Positions 9,397 through 19,005 are shown, numbered from the stretch's first letter. The stretch: DNA of 64,000 nt from Bacteroidia bacterium (GCA_025059535.1 JANXCX010000019.1:68363-132362), one strand, 5' to 3'. Translations and numbers: made by a program. The notes: generated from the sequence alone by a model not told the origin.

Positions 9397-10806
9397 CTAA
9401 GGCGCTGGTTTCTGTCGGCGCACCCACCCCCACAACCTAATCTCACCCCATATACGTTCTACATGCAGTAGCCTAAAGTCCTCAGCTAAAATCCTTTGCA
9501 GTTGGCCTTTGGGTAGAAGCTTATTGTATCCATATTCCAGCCACCAGAGCGTATCCGTCCTCTCAATAAAGCAGACTGGAAGATCGGCGTAGTAGGTGGC
9601 TCCTATTATACGGTAGCGGTGATAAAGTTCATGGAAGATAGCTTCCAGGGGTAGCAAGCCAGAGTGCTGCCAGCTGCGATCCAAATAGTAAGCCGCATCT
9701 AGGACATACCAGCGGGGTGAAATAAGGAGGGGTTGGTGGTCTGGCTTAGCTGAGATTTTGCGGAAGAGGATGGATTGAAAAGGGGCTTGGCCAGGCGGGA
9801 GCGGATTCCAACTGAGACTCCATGCCAAAAGAAGCGCAAAGGCGGCGATAAACCGCCCCCATGAAGGCAATGCCATGATACTCAGGGCTATAACCCAGTA
9901 ATAGGCCATAGCGGCCGGCATAAGATAGCGGGGCTCCCAAATCCTAACGAAATGACCGATAAGCCATATTCCAATAAAAATCCCCAAAAAACCTAAATAA
10001 GCCGTAAAGTCAGCCAGACTCGTGCGCCCACTCTGATGCTTAGCCAATAAGCCAGTTCCTATAAGGAGGAGCGCCATGACCGTAGGTACGGGCTGATTGG
10101 AAAAGCGCCAGAGGGCATTGTATAGCCCTTCCCAATCGGACTTAGGCGCAAAGCTAGTCGTCGGATAAAGGACCAGGCGCTCCACAAACACAACCCCTGT
10201 CAGTCCTACGCCTACACTCAGCAAAAGTAGAAGGCGACCTAACCCACGGCGATAAGGGCGCCCCAAAATCAGCAGCATTCCTATCTGAGCCACTGTTACG
10301 GTTAGGCCCATGTAATGCGTATAGTACAGCGCCAGCAGCGTAAGAGTCCAGGGAATAAAGTACTTTCTCTCTGCTAGCCACCGCAGGAAAAAGTAGTAGG
10401 CGAAGGGCGTGAGGGCGGCCAGCAAGGCGTAAGCGCGCAGTTCGCGCCCTACGGACTGCCCAAAGTCGGAAAAGATCCAAAGAAAGGTGGCAATTAGGCC
10501 AGCGGCTCTACCGCCCGTATAGCTACCTAGTACAAAGAGCCCTACAGCACCTAAGCTACTGGCTAAAGCGGCCAACCCCCGCAGGGCCCCCACCTCATCT
10601 CCCACGAGCAAGCGCCAAAAATGGAGAAGAATCTCCCACAGCGGGGGGTTATTGCCTTCATACAGACGGACAAAAATCTGAGCCGGGGTATAATGGGCCA
10701 TGACCCAGCTGAAAATCTCATCATCCCACAAGGGGGCTTTACCTATGCCATAGAGACGTACGCCCAGGGCCAGAGCAAAAATGCCTATTACAAGTACCCA
10801 ATACAC
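9397..10806 (-). CDS. GT-C fold membrane glycosyltransferase (ArnT/PMT-like, family 39/83)
   Basis: 469 aa with more than 10 predicted transmembrane helices, and an N-terminal loop with PLWDDE (DE/DD motif of GT-C transferases). Divergent from lpxB. Confidence 0.6.
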   Translation of the reverse strand: MYWVLVIGIFALALGVRLYGIGKAPLWDDEIFSWVMAHYTPAQIFVRLYEGNNPPLWEILLHFWRLLVGDEVGALRGLAALASSLGAVGLFVLGSYTGGRAAGLIATFLWIFSDFGQSVGRELRAYALLAALTPFAYYFFLRWLAERKYFIPWTLTLLALYYTHYMGLTVTVAQIGMLLILGRPYRRGLGRLLLLLSVGVGLTGVVFVERLVLYPTTSFAPKSDWEGLYNALWRFSNQPVPTVMALLLIGTGLLAKHQSGRTSLADFTAYLGFLGIFIGIWLIGHFVRIWEPRYLMPAAMAYYWVIALSIMALPSWGRFIAAFALLLAWSLSWNPLPPGQAPFQSILFRKISAKPDHQPLLISPRWYVLDAAYYLDRSWQHSGLLPLEAIFHELYHRYRIIGATYYADLPVCFIERTDTLWWLEYGYNKLLPKGQLQRILAEDFRLLHVERIWGEIRLWGWVRRQKPAP

Positions 10807-10834
10807 GCCTTCAAAATAGCCTATTTTTGCTCAA

Positions 10835-11926
10835 GTGGGTCTACGGCTCTACTGGGTAGTAGGCGAACTATCAGGGGAGCAGCACGCGGTAAGGGTAATT
10901 CAAGCGCTCCATCGCTACCGTCCCGACTGGGCTATGCGTGGGTTAGGCGGTAACCTTATGCAGCAGGTTGGCGTAAGCCTACTGGCGCACTGGCAGGACT
11001 ATGCCGTAGTGGGCTTTGTTGAGGTAGTCCGTAAGCTGCCCCACTTCATTCGGCTCATGCAGAAGATAAAAAAGGACATACTTGCCTGGCGCCCTGACCG
11101 AGTTATCCTAGTGGATTATCCGGGTTTCAATTTGCGTTTGGCCCAGTGGCTAGGCCGTCAGGGAATTCCGATCACCTACTTTATTCCTCCTCAGCTATGG
11201 GCTTGGGCGCCGGGGCGGGTGCGTCGCCTGCGCCAACCTGATACTCAGATTCTCTGCATTTTGCCCTTTGAGCCAAAGTTTTATGCATCCTATGGGCTGA
11301 AAGCGCTCTATGTAGGCCACCCTTTGGTAACAGCTTTGAAAGACACTACGCCTTATTCGCATCCGAGGCCGTATATTGCCCTTCTACCGGGCAGTCGTGC
11401 CCATGAGGTACGCCACATGCTCCCCGTAATGGCTCAACTGCCCTCCTACTTCCCTGAATTTGACTTTCTGGTTTCCCGCGTCTCTCACTTGCCCCGCGAG
11501 CTTTACGAACGCCTAGCGCCAGGCCTGACGCTTGTGGAGGTGAGCGCGCCAGCCTTCCTTATGGGGGCTACAGCGGCCGTCATCACTTCGGGCACGGCTA
11601 CCTTAGAGGCGGCTCTGGTAGGCACGCCCGCCGTAATTGGTTATAAGGGCAACCCGCTCTCCTACCACATCGCCCGACGGCTAGTACGCGTGCACTTCAT
11701 CGGGCTGCCCAATCTCATCTTAAATGAGGCGGTATTTCCCGAGCTTATCCAAAAGGAATTTACACCCGAAAAGGTAGCGACTGCACTACGCACGGTTCTG
11801 AGTCAGCGAACAGCTATCCAGGCAAAACTAGCCGAGCTTCCACGCCTTTTAGGGGAACAAGATGCCGCTACGCAAGCCGCCGAAGCTATCCTGCAGGCCT
11901 TCAGCGCCAAAGGAAAAACAGGCTAA
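10835..11926 (+). CDS. lpxB: Lipid-A-disaccharide synthase
   Basis: 363 aa. The N-terminus VVGELSGEQHA matches the LpxB AGExSGD motif. GT-B architecture and length. Confidence 0.85.
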   Translation: MGLRLYWVVGELSGEQHAVRVIQALHRYRPDWAMRGLGGNLMQQVGVSLLAHWQDYAVVGFVEVVRKLPHFIRLMQKIKKDILAWRPDRVILVDYPGFNLRLAQWLGRQGIPITYFIPPQLWAWAPGRVRRLRQPDTQILCILPFEPKFYASYGLKALYVGHPLVTALKDTTPYSHPRPYIALLPGSRAHEVRHMLPVMAQLPSYFPEFDFLVSRVSHLPRELYERLAPGLTLVEVSAPAFLMGATAAVITSGTATLEAALVGTPAVIGYKGNPLSYHIARRLVRVHFIGLPNLILNEAVFPELIQKEFTPEKVATALRTVLSQRTAIQAKLAELPRLLGEQDAATQAAEAILQAFSAKGKTG

Positions 11927-13022
11927 AGCGCAGGGTATTCTGGAGAGGATGATTCTGAATAAAGGAAGTAAGATAGGCCACATCTAACCCCAGCTGCCGA
12001 AAGTTTAGCCCTGCGCCTATAGTGAAAAAGCGCCGATTCCCCTTGAGCGGGTCCTCATAGAAGAAGCCGCCGCGGACCTTGAAGAGCCGATTGTAATCGT
12101 ACTCTAGGCCGAGGCTCCAGTAGATTTCGGAAAGCTCTTCTCGCCAGCCTTTAGGCGCATCCCCAAAGCTCTTGAAGATGCCTTCTAAGAGGGGCACTTG
12201 CGTTGCGCCCCCCGCCGACGGCACGAGGAGCTTATTGAAGTCATTGGCAAAGGTCAAGCTGTTAAAATCATCTAGCTTGAGGGAAAAGGAATAGCCCACC
12301 CGCAGATTCCCTGGCAGGAAGTCGCGCAGGCCTGAGGCGGTATAGGCCATTTTAGCCCCAATATTAGACACCTGCAACCCCGCACGCGCCGTAACAGGCA
12401 AGGGCTTCGGTTTAGTTTTCAAGGTAAAGTCTTTCTGGTAGAAGAGCCCAAAATCCCCGGCTACCGAACGGCCGGGTTGGGTGGTAAGGCCGCCTACACT
12501 CGTAGCGCCCGTAAGGTTACTCTGCACATACTTAAGGGCTACCCCTATAGAAAGGTTACTCGTAATGATATGGCTATAGCCTGTAGTGATGGCGAATTCA
12601 TTTGCGTCGTACTCGCCCGTCTTGATGCCAGCGTTATCGGTAAATTCTATCTTACCTAAGGAAAAGAAGGTAAGGGAAGCGGCCACGGCCCCCGCCTTCT
12701 CGCTAATATTCCAGTAGAAGGGCACATACAGGTGATTGATATCGCCGATGCCTAAGGCACGCAGCCAAGGGGTATAGCTAAAACTTACCCCACCGCGCTC
12801 GCGGGCAAGGGCAAGCGCCCCTACATTCCAATGGAGGCTATATACGGTAGGAGCTAAAGCTACGCCTGTCTCAGCCATGCCCCCACTGCGCGCATCGGGG
12901 CAGATTAGGAGAAAGGGTACAGCGGTAGTTATGGCGCGAATCTGGCCCGATGGCGTTGATTGCGCTTGGCCCCATACTCCCACCGGGAGTAGGGCCAAAC
13001 AACCCCACACACAAAACCGCAT
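11901..13022 (-). CDS. porV: Type IX secretion system outer-membrane protein PorV (LptO)
   Basis: PorV signature ITTAVPFLLICPDARSGGMAETGVALAP just after a signal peptide (MRFCVWGCLALLPVGVWGQAQS). Beta-barrel-like C-terminus ending in an aromatic residue. The ORF-track start at 13193 would run through tRNA-Ser, so the start is placed at the internal Met. Confidence 0.75.
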   Translation of the reverse strand: MRFCVWGCLALLPVGVWGQAQSTPSGQIRAITTAVPFLLICPDARSGGMAETGVALAPTVYSLHWNVGALALARERGGVSFSYTPWLRALGIGDINHLYVPFYWNISEKAGAVAASLTFFSLGKIEFTDNAGIKTGEYDANEFAITTGYSHIITSNLSIGVALKYVQSNLTGATSVGGLTTQPGRSVAGDFGLFYQKDFTLKTKPKPLPVTARAGLQVSNIGAKMAYTASGLRDFLPGNLRVGYSFSLKLDDFNSLTFANDFNKLLVPSAGGATQVPLLEGIFKSFGDAPKGWREELSEIYWSLGLEYDYNRLFKVRGGFFYEDPLKGNRRFFTIGAGLNFRQLGLDVAYLTSFIQNHPLQNTLRFSLFFLWR

Positions 13023-13062
13023 AAGAGAGCCTCTTTCCGCACAAAAGTACGCATTTGCGTTG

Positions 13063-13070
13063 TATTTTTG
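13063..13070 (+). promoter_or_regulatory. Bacteroidota-type -7 promoter box TATTTTTG upstream of tRNA-Ser
   Basis: TAnnTTTG consensus ending 5 nt before the tRNA 5' end. The same extended motif (GCGT..TATTTTTGCCT) recurs in tandem upstream of sodA. Confidence 0.45.
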
Positions 13071-13075
13071 CCTTT

Positions 13076-13163
13076 GGAGAGATGCCGGAGTGGTCGAACG
13101 GGCCTGACTTGAAATCAGGTAGCCCGCTGAGCGGGCTCGGGGGTTCGAATCCCTCTCTCTCCG
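13076..13163 (+). tRNA. tRNA-Ser (anticodon UGA)
   Basis: 7-bp acceptor stem (ggagaga/tctctcc). Anticodon stem cctga/tcagg with loop cTTGAaa. Long variable arm (agcccgc-tga-gcgggct). T-loop ggttcgaatcc. No encoded CCA. Confidence 0.85.
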
Positions 13164-13164
13164 C

Positions 13165-14163
13165 ATGACGACTTTGGAGCAGTTTATCATCACTCGTCAG
13201 CAAGAGCGCGAGGGGAGCGGCGCCTTCTCCAAAATCCTGCGCGACTTAGGTCTAGCGGGAAAACTCCTCAGCTTCTATCTGCGGCGTGCCTCGCTAAGTG
13301 GCCTTCTGGGCGAGCTCGGCCTTACCAACATCCAAGGGGAAAGTGTCCAGAAGCTAGACCATCTGGCCAATACCCTCCTTATTCGGCTGCTCTCTCAAAA
13401 CCCCCATGTAGCAGGTCTCGCCTCCGAAGAAGAAGAACATATCCTACCCGCCAATCCCGAGGGTAAGTATGTCGTGCTTTTAGATCCCCTGGATGGCTCT
13501 TCCAACATAGATACAGGGGTACCTGTAGGCACGATTTTCTCTATCTATCGTCGGATTTCCCCTTTAGGCACCCCTTGTAGCGAAGCCGACTTTCTCCAAG
13601 GCGGGCGAGCTCAAGTAGCCGCTGGCTACATTCTCTATGGCACCAGTACCCTGCTCTTTTATACCACAGGCGAAGGCGTACATGGCTTTACCTTAGAGCC
13701 AGCCGCAGGGGAATTCTTCCTAACCTACCCGCACGTAGAAATGCCCCCTAAAAGTACCTACTACTCCTTCAACGATAATCAGCTGCACGAATGGGAGCCA
13801 AGCCTCCAGCGGTATGTAGCGGATCTCCATACCCGCAATCGTACCAGCGCTAAGCCCCAATCCCTGCGCTACGTAGGTTCCCTCGTAGCTGATTTCCACC
13901 GAAACCTCCTCAAAGGCGGCCTTTTTATGTACCCGGGTACGGTGCAAAAGCCTGAGGGCAAACTGCGCCTGCTTTATGAGGGCTACCCTATGGCCTTCCT
14001 TGCCGAGCAGGCTGGTGCAAAAGCTACCAACGGCCGTCAGGCGCTTCTGGACGTACCACCCTCCAAAATCCATCAGCGCACCCCGCTCTTTATCGGCCCC
14101 GCTGAGGAAATAGATCGCATCCATACTTTCCTCAATACCAATGTCCCTGTGGAAACGCTTTAA
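13165..14163 (+). CDS. fbp: Fructose-1,6-bisphosphatase class 1
   Basis: 332 aa. The N-terminus MTTLEQFIITRQQ...GAFSKILRDLGLAGK aligns with class-I FBPase. The ATG begins 2 nt after the tRNA-Ser discriminator base. Confidence 0.9.
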   Translation: MTTLEQFIITRQQEREGSGAFSKILRDLGLAGKLLSFYLRRASLSGLLGELGLTNIQGESVQKLDHLANTLLIRLLSQNPHVAGLASEEEEHILPANPEGKYVVLLDPLDGSSNIDTGVPVGTIFSIYRRISPLGTPCSEADFLQGGRAQVAAGYILYGTSTLLFYTTGEGVHGFTLEPAAGEFFLTYPHVEMPPKSTYYSFNDNQLHEWEPSLQRYVADLHTRNRTSAKPQSLRYVGSLVADFHRNLLKGGLFMYPGTVQKPEGKLRLLYEGYPMAFLAEQAGAKATNGRQALLDVPPSKIHQRTPLFIGPAEEIDRIHTFLNTNVPVETL

Positions 14164-14896
14164 GCGAGCTCTGCGGGCCCTTCTGGGCAAAGCCGTAGAA
14201 ACTATAGAGGATCCGCGCCTGATTCTAGAGCAGAATATTCGGGAGCTAAACGAGCAGGTGCCCAAGATGAATGAGCACATCGCCTCCGTCAAAGCCACCG
14301 TCACGCTCTTAGAGAAAGAGCTGGAAAAGTATCAAAAGGAATACAATGACTTAGTCGCACGGGTCAAGGCCGCCTTAGGCCACAATCGGGAGGACTTAGC
14401 CGAGCAGTATGCCCTACGCATAGAGAAACTCAAGCAGAGCATAGCCCAAACCCAAACCGAATTGGAAGCCGCCCGGCGGGCCTACGAAAAGGCCTTAGAA
14501 ATCAAAAAGCTCTTTATGCGCGAGCGGGAACGAAAAATCCAAGAGGCCCGGGCGGCCCTTCAGCAGTACGAGCGTGCCAAGTGGCAGGCTCAAATCGCCG
14601 AAGCTTTTGAGCAGTTTGAGGTAGGCGGTATAGATCAGACCCACGATGAAATGGTTCGGCGCCTCCAGGAGAAATCCGCCCAATACGAGGCACGCCTGGA
14701 GCTAGCCTTAGAAAGCATAGATACCTCCCGTCTTAAGGTGGACGAGGAGATGGAGCGCATCCAAGCCAAGGAGTCTTTAGCTAGACTAAAAGCCGAATTA
14801 GGCTTAGAGGTGCCGCCCGCTGCGCCCAGGTCGGCTGAGGCCGAAAAATCCCCCCTTCCCTCTCCTGAACGCGGAAGCAAAGAGCCGCTCCTCTAA
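14141..14896 (+). CDS. pspA: PspA/IM30 (Vipp1) family protein
   Basis: 251 aa, almost entirely coiled-coil. N-terminal MSLWKRFKRALRALLGKAVETIEDPRLILEQNIRE is the PspA/IM30 amphipathic start. Confidence 0.8.
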   Translation: MSLWKRFKRALRALLGKAVETIEDPRLILEQNIRELNEQVPKMNEHIASVKATVTLLEKELEKYQKEYNDLVARVKAALGHNREDLAEQYALRIEKLKQSIAQTQTELEAARRAYEKALEIKKLFMRERERKIQEARAALQQYERAKWQAQIAEAFEQFEVGGIDQTHDEMVRRLQEKSAQYEARLELALESIDTSRLKVDEEMERIQAKESLARLKAELGLEVPPAAPRSAEAEKSPLPSPERGSKEPLL

Positions 14897-15129
14897 TGGC
14901 CTACTCCCCTGACGAGTACAAAGCCCTAAAGGAGTTTCACAAGCAGAGCCTGCGGGAGCAGCGGGCCTTAGCGGAGCAGTTGCGCTGGGCTAAGCTGCGC
15001 CAGCGTACGCAGTGGCATTTAGCGCAGCTAGCTCGCTCGCTTGAGGCCTTAGGCGTCTCTCCCCCTGAAGAAAAGGGCCAGGCCCTCACACCGCCACCAC
15101 CCCCCCAAGCCGACAAAACGCTCTTCTGA
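14896..15129 (+). CDS. Small coiled-coil hypothetical protein
   Basis: 77 aa. The start overlaps the pspA stop (TAATG). Coiled-coil plus a Pro-rich tail. No homology recognised. Confidence 0.3.
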   Translation: MAYSPDEYKALKEFHKQSLREQRALAEQLRWAKLRQRTQWHLAQLARSLEALGVSPPEEKGQALTPPPPPQADKTLF

Positions 15130-15209
15130 TACGCTTACTCCAGCTTACTTCTAAGCCGCCCTATCCCCCGCGTGATGGTGGGGCGCTTGCGGCCGCCCAA
15201 CTGCTGGAA

Positions 15210-16301
15210 ATGTGGCAGGCGCTGGGCTGGCAGGCGGAAGGCCTTACCATGCACACGCCGAGCCACCCTTTTGACCCTAAAGCTTCTCCTTCCGTACCAC
15301 TCACAGCGGTAGTCGTTCATAGCCGCCCTACCCTCTTAGGGGCTGGCCTCAATCTCCTCAGCCGCTATCCTTACCATCTGGTGCGCTTCCAAAGTCCCGC
15401 TTATGCGAAGGCCTTACAGCAGCTTGTAGAGCGGTTTCAGCCTAATCTTATCCAAGTAGAGAGTCTTTACCTCACTCCTTACGTAGCTAATCTCTCTGTG
15501 CCCTGCGTCTATCGGGTTCACAATATAGAGTCGCAGATTTGGCTACGGCACAGCCAGCAGGTAACCTTTCCGCTGAGCTGGTACCTCCGCCTTCAGGGTC
15601 AGCGTATTGCGCGCTACGAGGCCGAAGCTATTCACAGGTATGCAGGTCTCTTATGTATCTCAGAAAAAGAAGCCGATTGGGCAAGGGCACAGGATTATAC
15701 GGGCGTTTGCCAAGTATTACCTTTTGCAGTAGAGATAGAACGGTACCCCGTGGCGCCCTTAGGGAATCCATGCCCTAAAATAGGCTTCTTGGGCAGCTTA
15801 GAGTGGCTTCCCAATCGCCACGGCTTAGAGTGGTTTCTGCGCCAGGTGTGGCCTACTTTCCGCCGTTGGTATCCAGAGGCTAAACTCAGTATAGCCGGGC
15901 GCAACCCACCAGCCGCTCTTTACCGCTATGCGGACAGCTCAGTGCAGATCTTGGGCGAGATCCCCGACGCCCAAGCGTTCTGGCAGGCCCACGAGATTAT
16001 TGTTGTGCCGCTTTTCTCAGGCAGCGGGATTCGGGTAAAGGTGATAGAGGCCTTTGCCGCCGGACGGGCTGTGATAGCCACCCCCTTAGCCGCCGAGAGC
16101 TTGATGGCCCAGCCCGGCCGGCATTTCCTTTTAGCTACGGACGCGCGCTCGTTTGCCGAGGCCTTAGCCGAACTGTACACAGACCCCCTCCGCCGCAAGG
16201 AGCTAGGGCAAGCCGCCCGCCACTTAGCCGAAACTACCTACAACCGTCGGCTTTTACAGGAAGTCCTCCGAACCTTTTATGAAACCCTCCTGGGAAAGTA
16301 G
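15210..16301 (+). CDS. Glycosyltransferase family 4 (GT-B, group 1)
   Basis: C-terminal motif EIIVVPLFSGSGIRVKVIEAFAAGRAVIATP (E-x7-E region of GT4). Confidence 0.75.
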   Translation: MWQALGWQAEGLTMHTPSHPFDPKASPSVPLTAVVVHSRPTLLGAGLNLLSRYPYHLVRFQSPAYAKALQQLVERFQPNLIQVESLYLTPYVANLSVPCVYRVHNIESQIWLRHSQQVTFPLSWYLRLQGQRIARYEAEAIHRYAGLLCISEKEADWARAQDYTGVCQVLPFAVEIERYPVAPLGNPCPKIGFLGSLEWLPNRHGLEWFLRQVWPTFRRWYPEAKLSIAGRNPPAALYRYADSSVQILGEIPDAQAFWQAHEIIVVPLFSGSGIRVKVIEAFAAGRAVIATPLAAESLMAQPGRHFLLATDARSFAEALAELYTDPLRRKELGQAARHLAETTYNRRLLQEVLRTFYETLLGK

Positions 16302-17349
16302 CTTTCGGGTGCTGACGCTCATGGCCGGTAGCTCAGCCGACGGCGTAAGCGCCGCGCTAATGCGGCTGCGGCTATTTCCCACCCCTTCCTACGAGCTGCT
16401 GGTAGGTAAGACCCTCCCTTATCCCGAAGCGCTGCACCAAACCCTTCAGCAAGCGCTAAACCTACCTGCACCCGAACTTTTCCAGCTAAGTATTACCTAT
16501 ACCGACTGGACCGCTGACATCCTGCATACGCATTTTAGCCAATGGATATATGACTTAATCGTATGGCACCCCCACAACCTTTATCATAGCCCTTCCGAGG
16601 GGCTTACTTGGAGCTTAGGGGATAGCGAACGCCTTCGGGCTAAGGCTAAAGCCCCCATCGTAACCCACCTGCGTGCGCGCGATATAGCTTGGGGGGGTAC
16701 AGGTGCTCCGCTCATACCGAATGCCGATGCCTATCTTTTCACCACCTACCAAACCCTCATAAACCTAGGGGGGATTGCGAATATTACCCATCTGCCCACC
16801 TATGTGGCTTATGACATTGGACCCTGCAATCAGCTCCTAAATGCCCTTGCAGCTCAGGCGCAACCTCCTCTCCCTTACGATCCCGAGGGCCAAATCGCCG
16901 CCAGCGGCCAGGTAATCCCCGAGCTTCTAGAAACTTTTCTAGCTCACCCTTTCTTTCAGCATCCACCTCCAAAGGCTTTAGACAATAGAACCGTACAGGA
17001 GGATTTCGTAAAACTCTTTTGTAGTTATTCGGCCCCTTTAGCAGACCGACTTCATACAGCGGTGATAGGAATTGTACACCTGCTCAAGTCAGCTCTTATA
17101 GAGGTAGGGGCGCGCACCTTTACCCTCACTGGGGGTGGTACTTACAACACCTTTCTAGTGAGGCGTTTAGTGGAAATGGTAGAGCCTCTGGGCATATCCT
17201 ACCGAGCAGCCCCTGCACCGCTCGTAGATTATCGGGAAGCCATTGGGTTTGGTCTGCTAGGGCTATGGCGCTGGCTAAATCACCCTAATATTGACCGCCG
17301 CTGGACAGGAGCCCAGTGCGATACCTACAGCGGCTTACTGAGTTTGTAG
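16279..17349 (+). CDS. anmK: Anhydro-N-acetylmuramic acid kinase
   Basis: N-terminal LMAGSSADGVSAALM (equivalent to GxMSGTSxDGxD) and C-terminal LTGGGTYNTFLVRRL (equivalent to GGGxxNxxLMxxL). Confidence 0.75.
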   Translation: MKPSWESSFRVLTLMAGSSADGVSAALMRLRLFPTPSYELLVGKTLPYPEALHQTLQQALNLPAPELFQLSITYTDWTADILHTHFSQWIYDLIVWHPHNLYHSPSEGLTWSLGDSERLRAKAKAPIVTHLRARDIAWGGTGAPLIPNADAYLFTTYQTLINLGGIANITHLPTYVAYDIGPCNQLLNALAAQAQPPLPYDPEGQIAASGQVIPELLETFLAHPFFQHPPPKALDNRTVQEDFVKLFCSYSAPLADRLHTAVIGIVHLLKSALIEVGARTFTLTGGGTYNTFLVRRLVEMVEPLGISYRAAPAPLVDYREAIGFGLLGLWRWLNHPNIDRRWTGAQCDTYSGLLSL

Positions 17350-18987
17350 TTCCTCAGCCATGGCTTGGTGTATCTCTGAGAAAGCCTCTGCGGAAGGTAG
17401 CTTCCACTCCTTCACTACCTCAAACTCAAAGAATATCTCCTCAAATCCGCCCACCCAAAAGCACCAGAGACGCGCCGCCAAAAAAGGTGATAGATTAGCA
17501 AAAAGGTCAATGATATACCCTACAAAAAGGGCCGGATAAAATAGGTAAGGCTTCAAGGTGAGCTTTTTGAGGTACTTCTGGCCAAACCAGTGCAGCTTTA
17601 GCCTGCGCAGCTTGTAGGTTACGCCTGTATAACCGCCCTTAAAGGTTGGATCAAAGTAGTAAAAGAATGTTACATCAAAACCACGCTTGTGGTCGGGGTG
17701 GGTAAACCCCCGGGAAAAGTGGGGCACACGCACACGCACAAGTCCTCCTGGCCTAGTAATGCGATGAATTTCACACATAACTCGTAAGGGATCGCTAAGA
17801 TGCTCTAGGCAGTGATTAATCTCTACTAGGTCAAATTGATTATCCTCAAAAGGATAGGGAAAGATTTCTAAGTTATGAATTACATCAGCATGATCACGGT
17901 TATAGTAATCCACATTCAGAAAGCCTTCTTTGGGAAAATTACCTGAGCCTAGGTTGAGCTTACGCTTAGAAAGCTTTATGGGATTGCGGATATGCCCAAA
18001 GCCGGCCCAAGAGTTCTGATTGCGCCAGTATAGCTGAGGTTCTATGCCCAACCGCCGCCAATAGCCCGCAAACTCCTCCCGACTGAGGTAATAGGCTACA
18101 GAAGGGGTTAGATGATCATACACAATTAGCCAAATCTCTCTAAAGGAAAAAGGGACTAGATGGGAGAGATAGGGGCTGTAGGGAAGAAATTTTTGGAGTG
18201 GCCGCCATCTATACAGCAACTTGATAGCTAAGTAGAGGGGAACTGTCATAAGAAAGGAGAGGACCATAAGGGCGCTATGGGGAAGACGGGAGGTGATATA
18301 ACGCCGCAAGAGGCCTACGCCCTTTTCCACCCAGTAGTTATTTTCCTTCCCATATACCCAAATCGAGAGGGCTCCCCCTTGACGCACTACCTTAGCTATA
18401 CAGCGAAAAGCCTCCTCTGGATCCGGCGTATGATGAATTACCCCTATGCTGAAGGCATAGTCAATTTTCCCCAGCTGGAGAGGCAGATGGAAAATATCTC
18501 CTTGTACTACGTGAACTTGGGGCAAATGAGCGGTATTAGCGAAGCTGACTTCTACGGCCTCACTTAGATCTACGCCAATTACCGCTTTAGCACCCCAGCG
18601 TGCCGCATAAATAAGATGCCGACCTTTTCCACAACCCGCATCCAGTACTACCTTGCCTTGAAAAAACTCAGGCCGTACAGGGTGGATAAAGCTTAGGAAC
18701 TGCTGCTCATAGAAGGGATGCGCAACTTCTCGAAAAGTTTGCCATTGCTTGCCAAATCGCTTGATCGTATTATCATGCCAGTCATAGTCCCGAATATCAT
18801 TTAGCAGTAGTCTAGGTATGCCACGCACGATGGGAAACGTATGGCTGCATTTTTCACATCGAATCTTCCCGAAAAGTATATGCTCGCCCTCCTTCTGCTG
18901 AATCTCCTCTAAGTGAAGAGGGCTGTGGCAAGCTGGACATCCCAAATACTCTAAGGCCTCTGGTCGCATTTGGCAAAGGTAGATCAA
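17335..18987 (-). CDS. Fusion protein: zinc-ribbon (Trm112-like) + class I SAM methyltransferase + transmembrane segment + second SAM methyltransferase (type 11)
   Basis: CPACH...CEKCSH zinc ribbon. VLDAGCGKGRH (motif I) and ...DxxFSIGVIHH. Hydrophobic helices around aa 230-260 and 480-510. Second methyltransferase domain LNLGSGNFPKEGFLNVD...FDLVEINHCLEHL...RPGGLVRV. Confidence 0.7.
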   Translation of the reverse strand: MIYLCQMRPEALEYLGCPACHSPLHLEEIQQKEGEHILFGKIRCEKCSHTFPIVRGIPRLLLNDIRDYDWHDNTIKRFGKQWQTFREVAHPFYEQQFLSFIHPVRPEFFQGKVVLDAGCGKGRHLIYAARWGAKAVIGVDLSEAVEVSFANTAHLPQVHVVQGDIFHLPLQLGKIDYAFSIGVIHHTPDPEEAFRCIAKVVRQGGALSIWVYGKENNYWVEKGVGLLRRYITSRLPHSALMVLSFLMTVPLYLAIKLLYRWRPLQKFLPYSPYLSHLVPFSFREIWLIVYDHLTPSVAYYLSREEFAGYWRRLGIEPQLYWRNQNSWAGFGHIRNPIKLSKRKLNLGSGNFPKEGFLNVDYYNRDHADVIHNLEIFPYPFEDNQFDLVEINHCLEHLSDPLRVMCEIHRITRPGGLVRVRVPHFSRGFTHPDHKRGFDVTFFYYFDPTFKGGYTGVTYKLRRLKLHWFGQKYLKKLTLKPYLFYPALFVGYIIDLFANLSPFLAARLWCFWVGGFEEIFFEFEVVKEWKLPSAEAFSEIHQAMAEELQTQ

Positions 18988-19005
18988 GTTCTGAATTTCT
19001 CTGGC

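Noticed and set aside
12871-13203. 110-aa minus-strand ORF and the 5' extension of the porV ORF to 13193
   Set aside because: Both run straight through the tRNA-Ser gene (13076-13163). The PorV signal peptide begins at an internal Met (about 13022).
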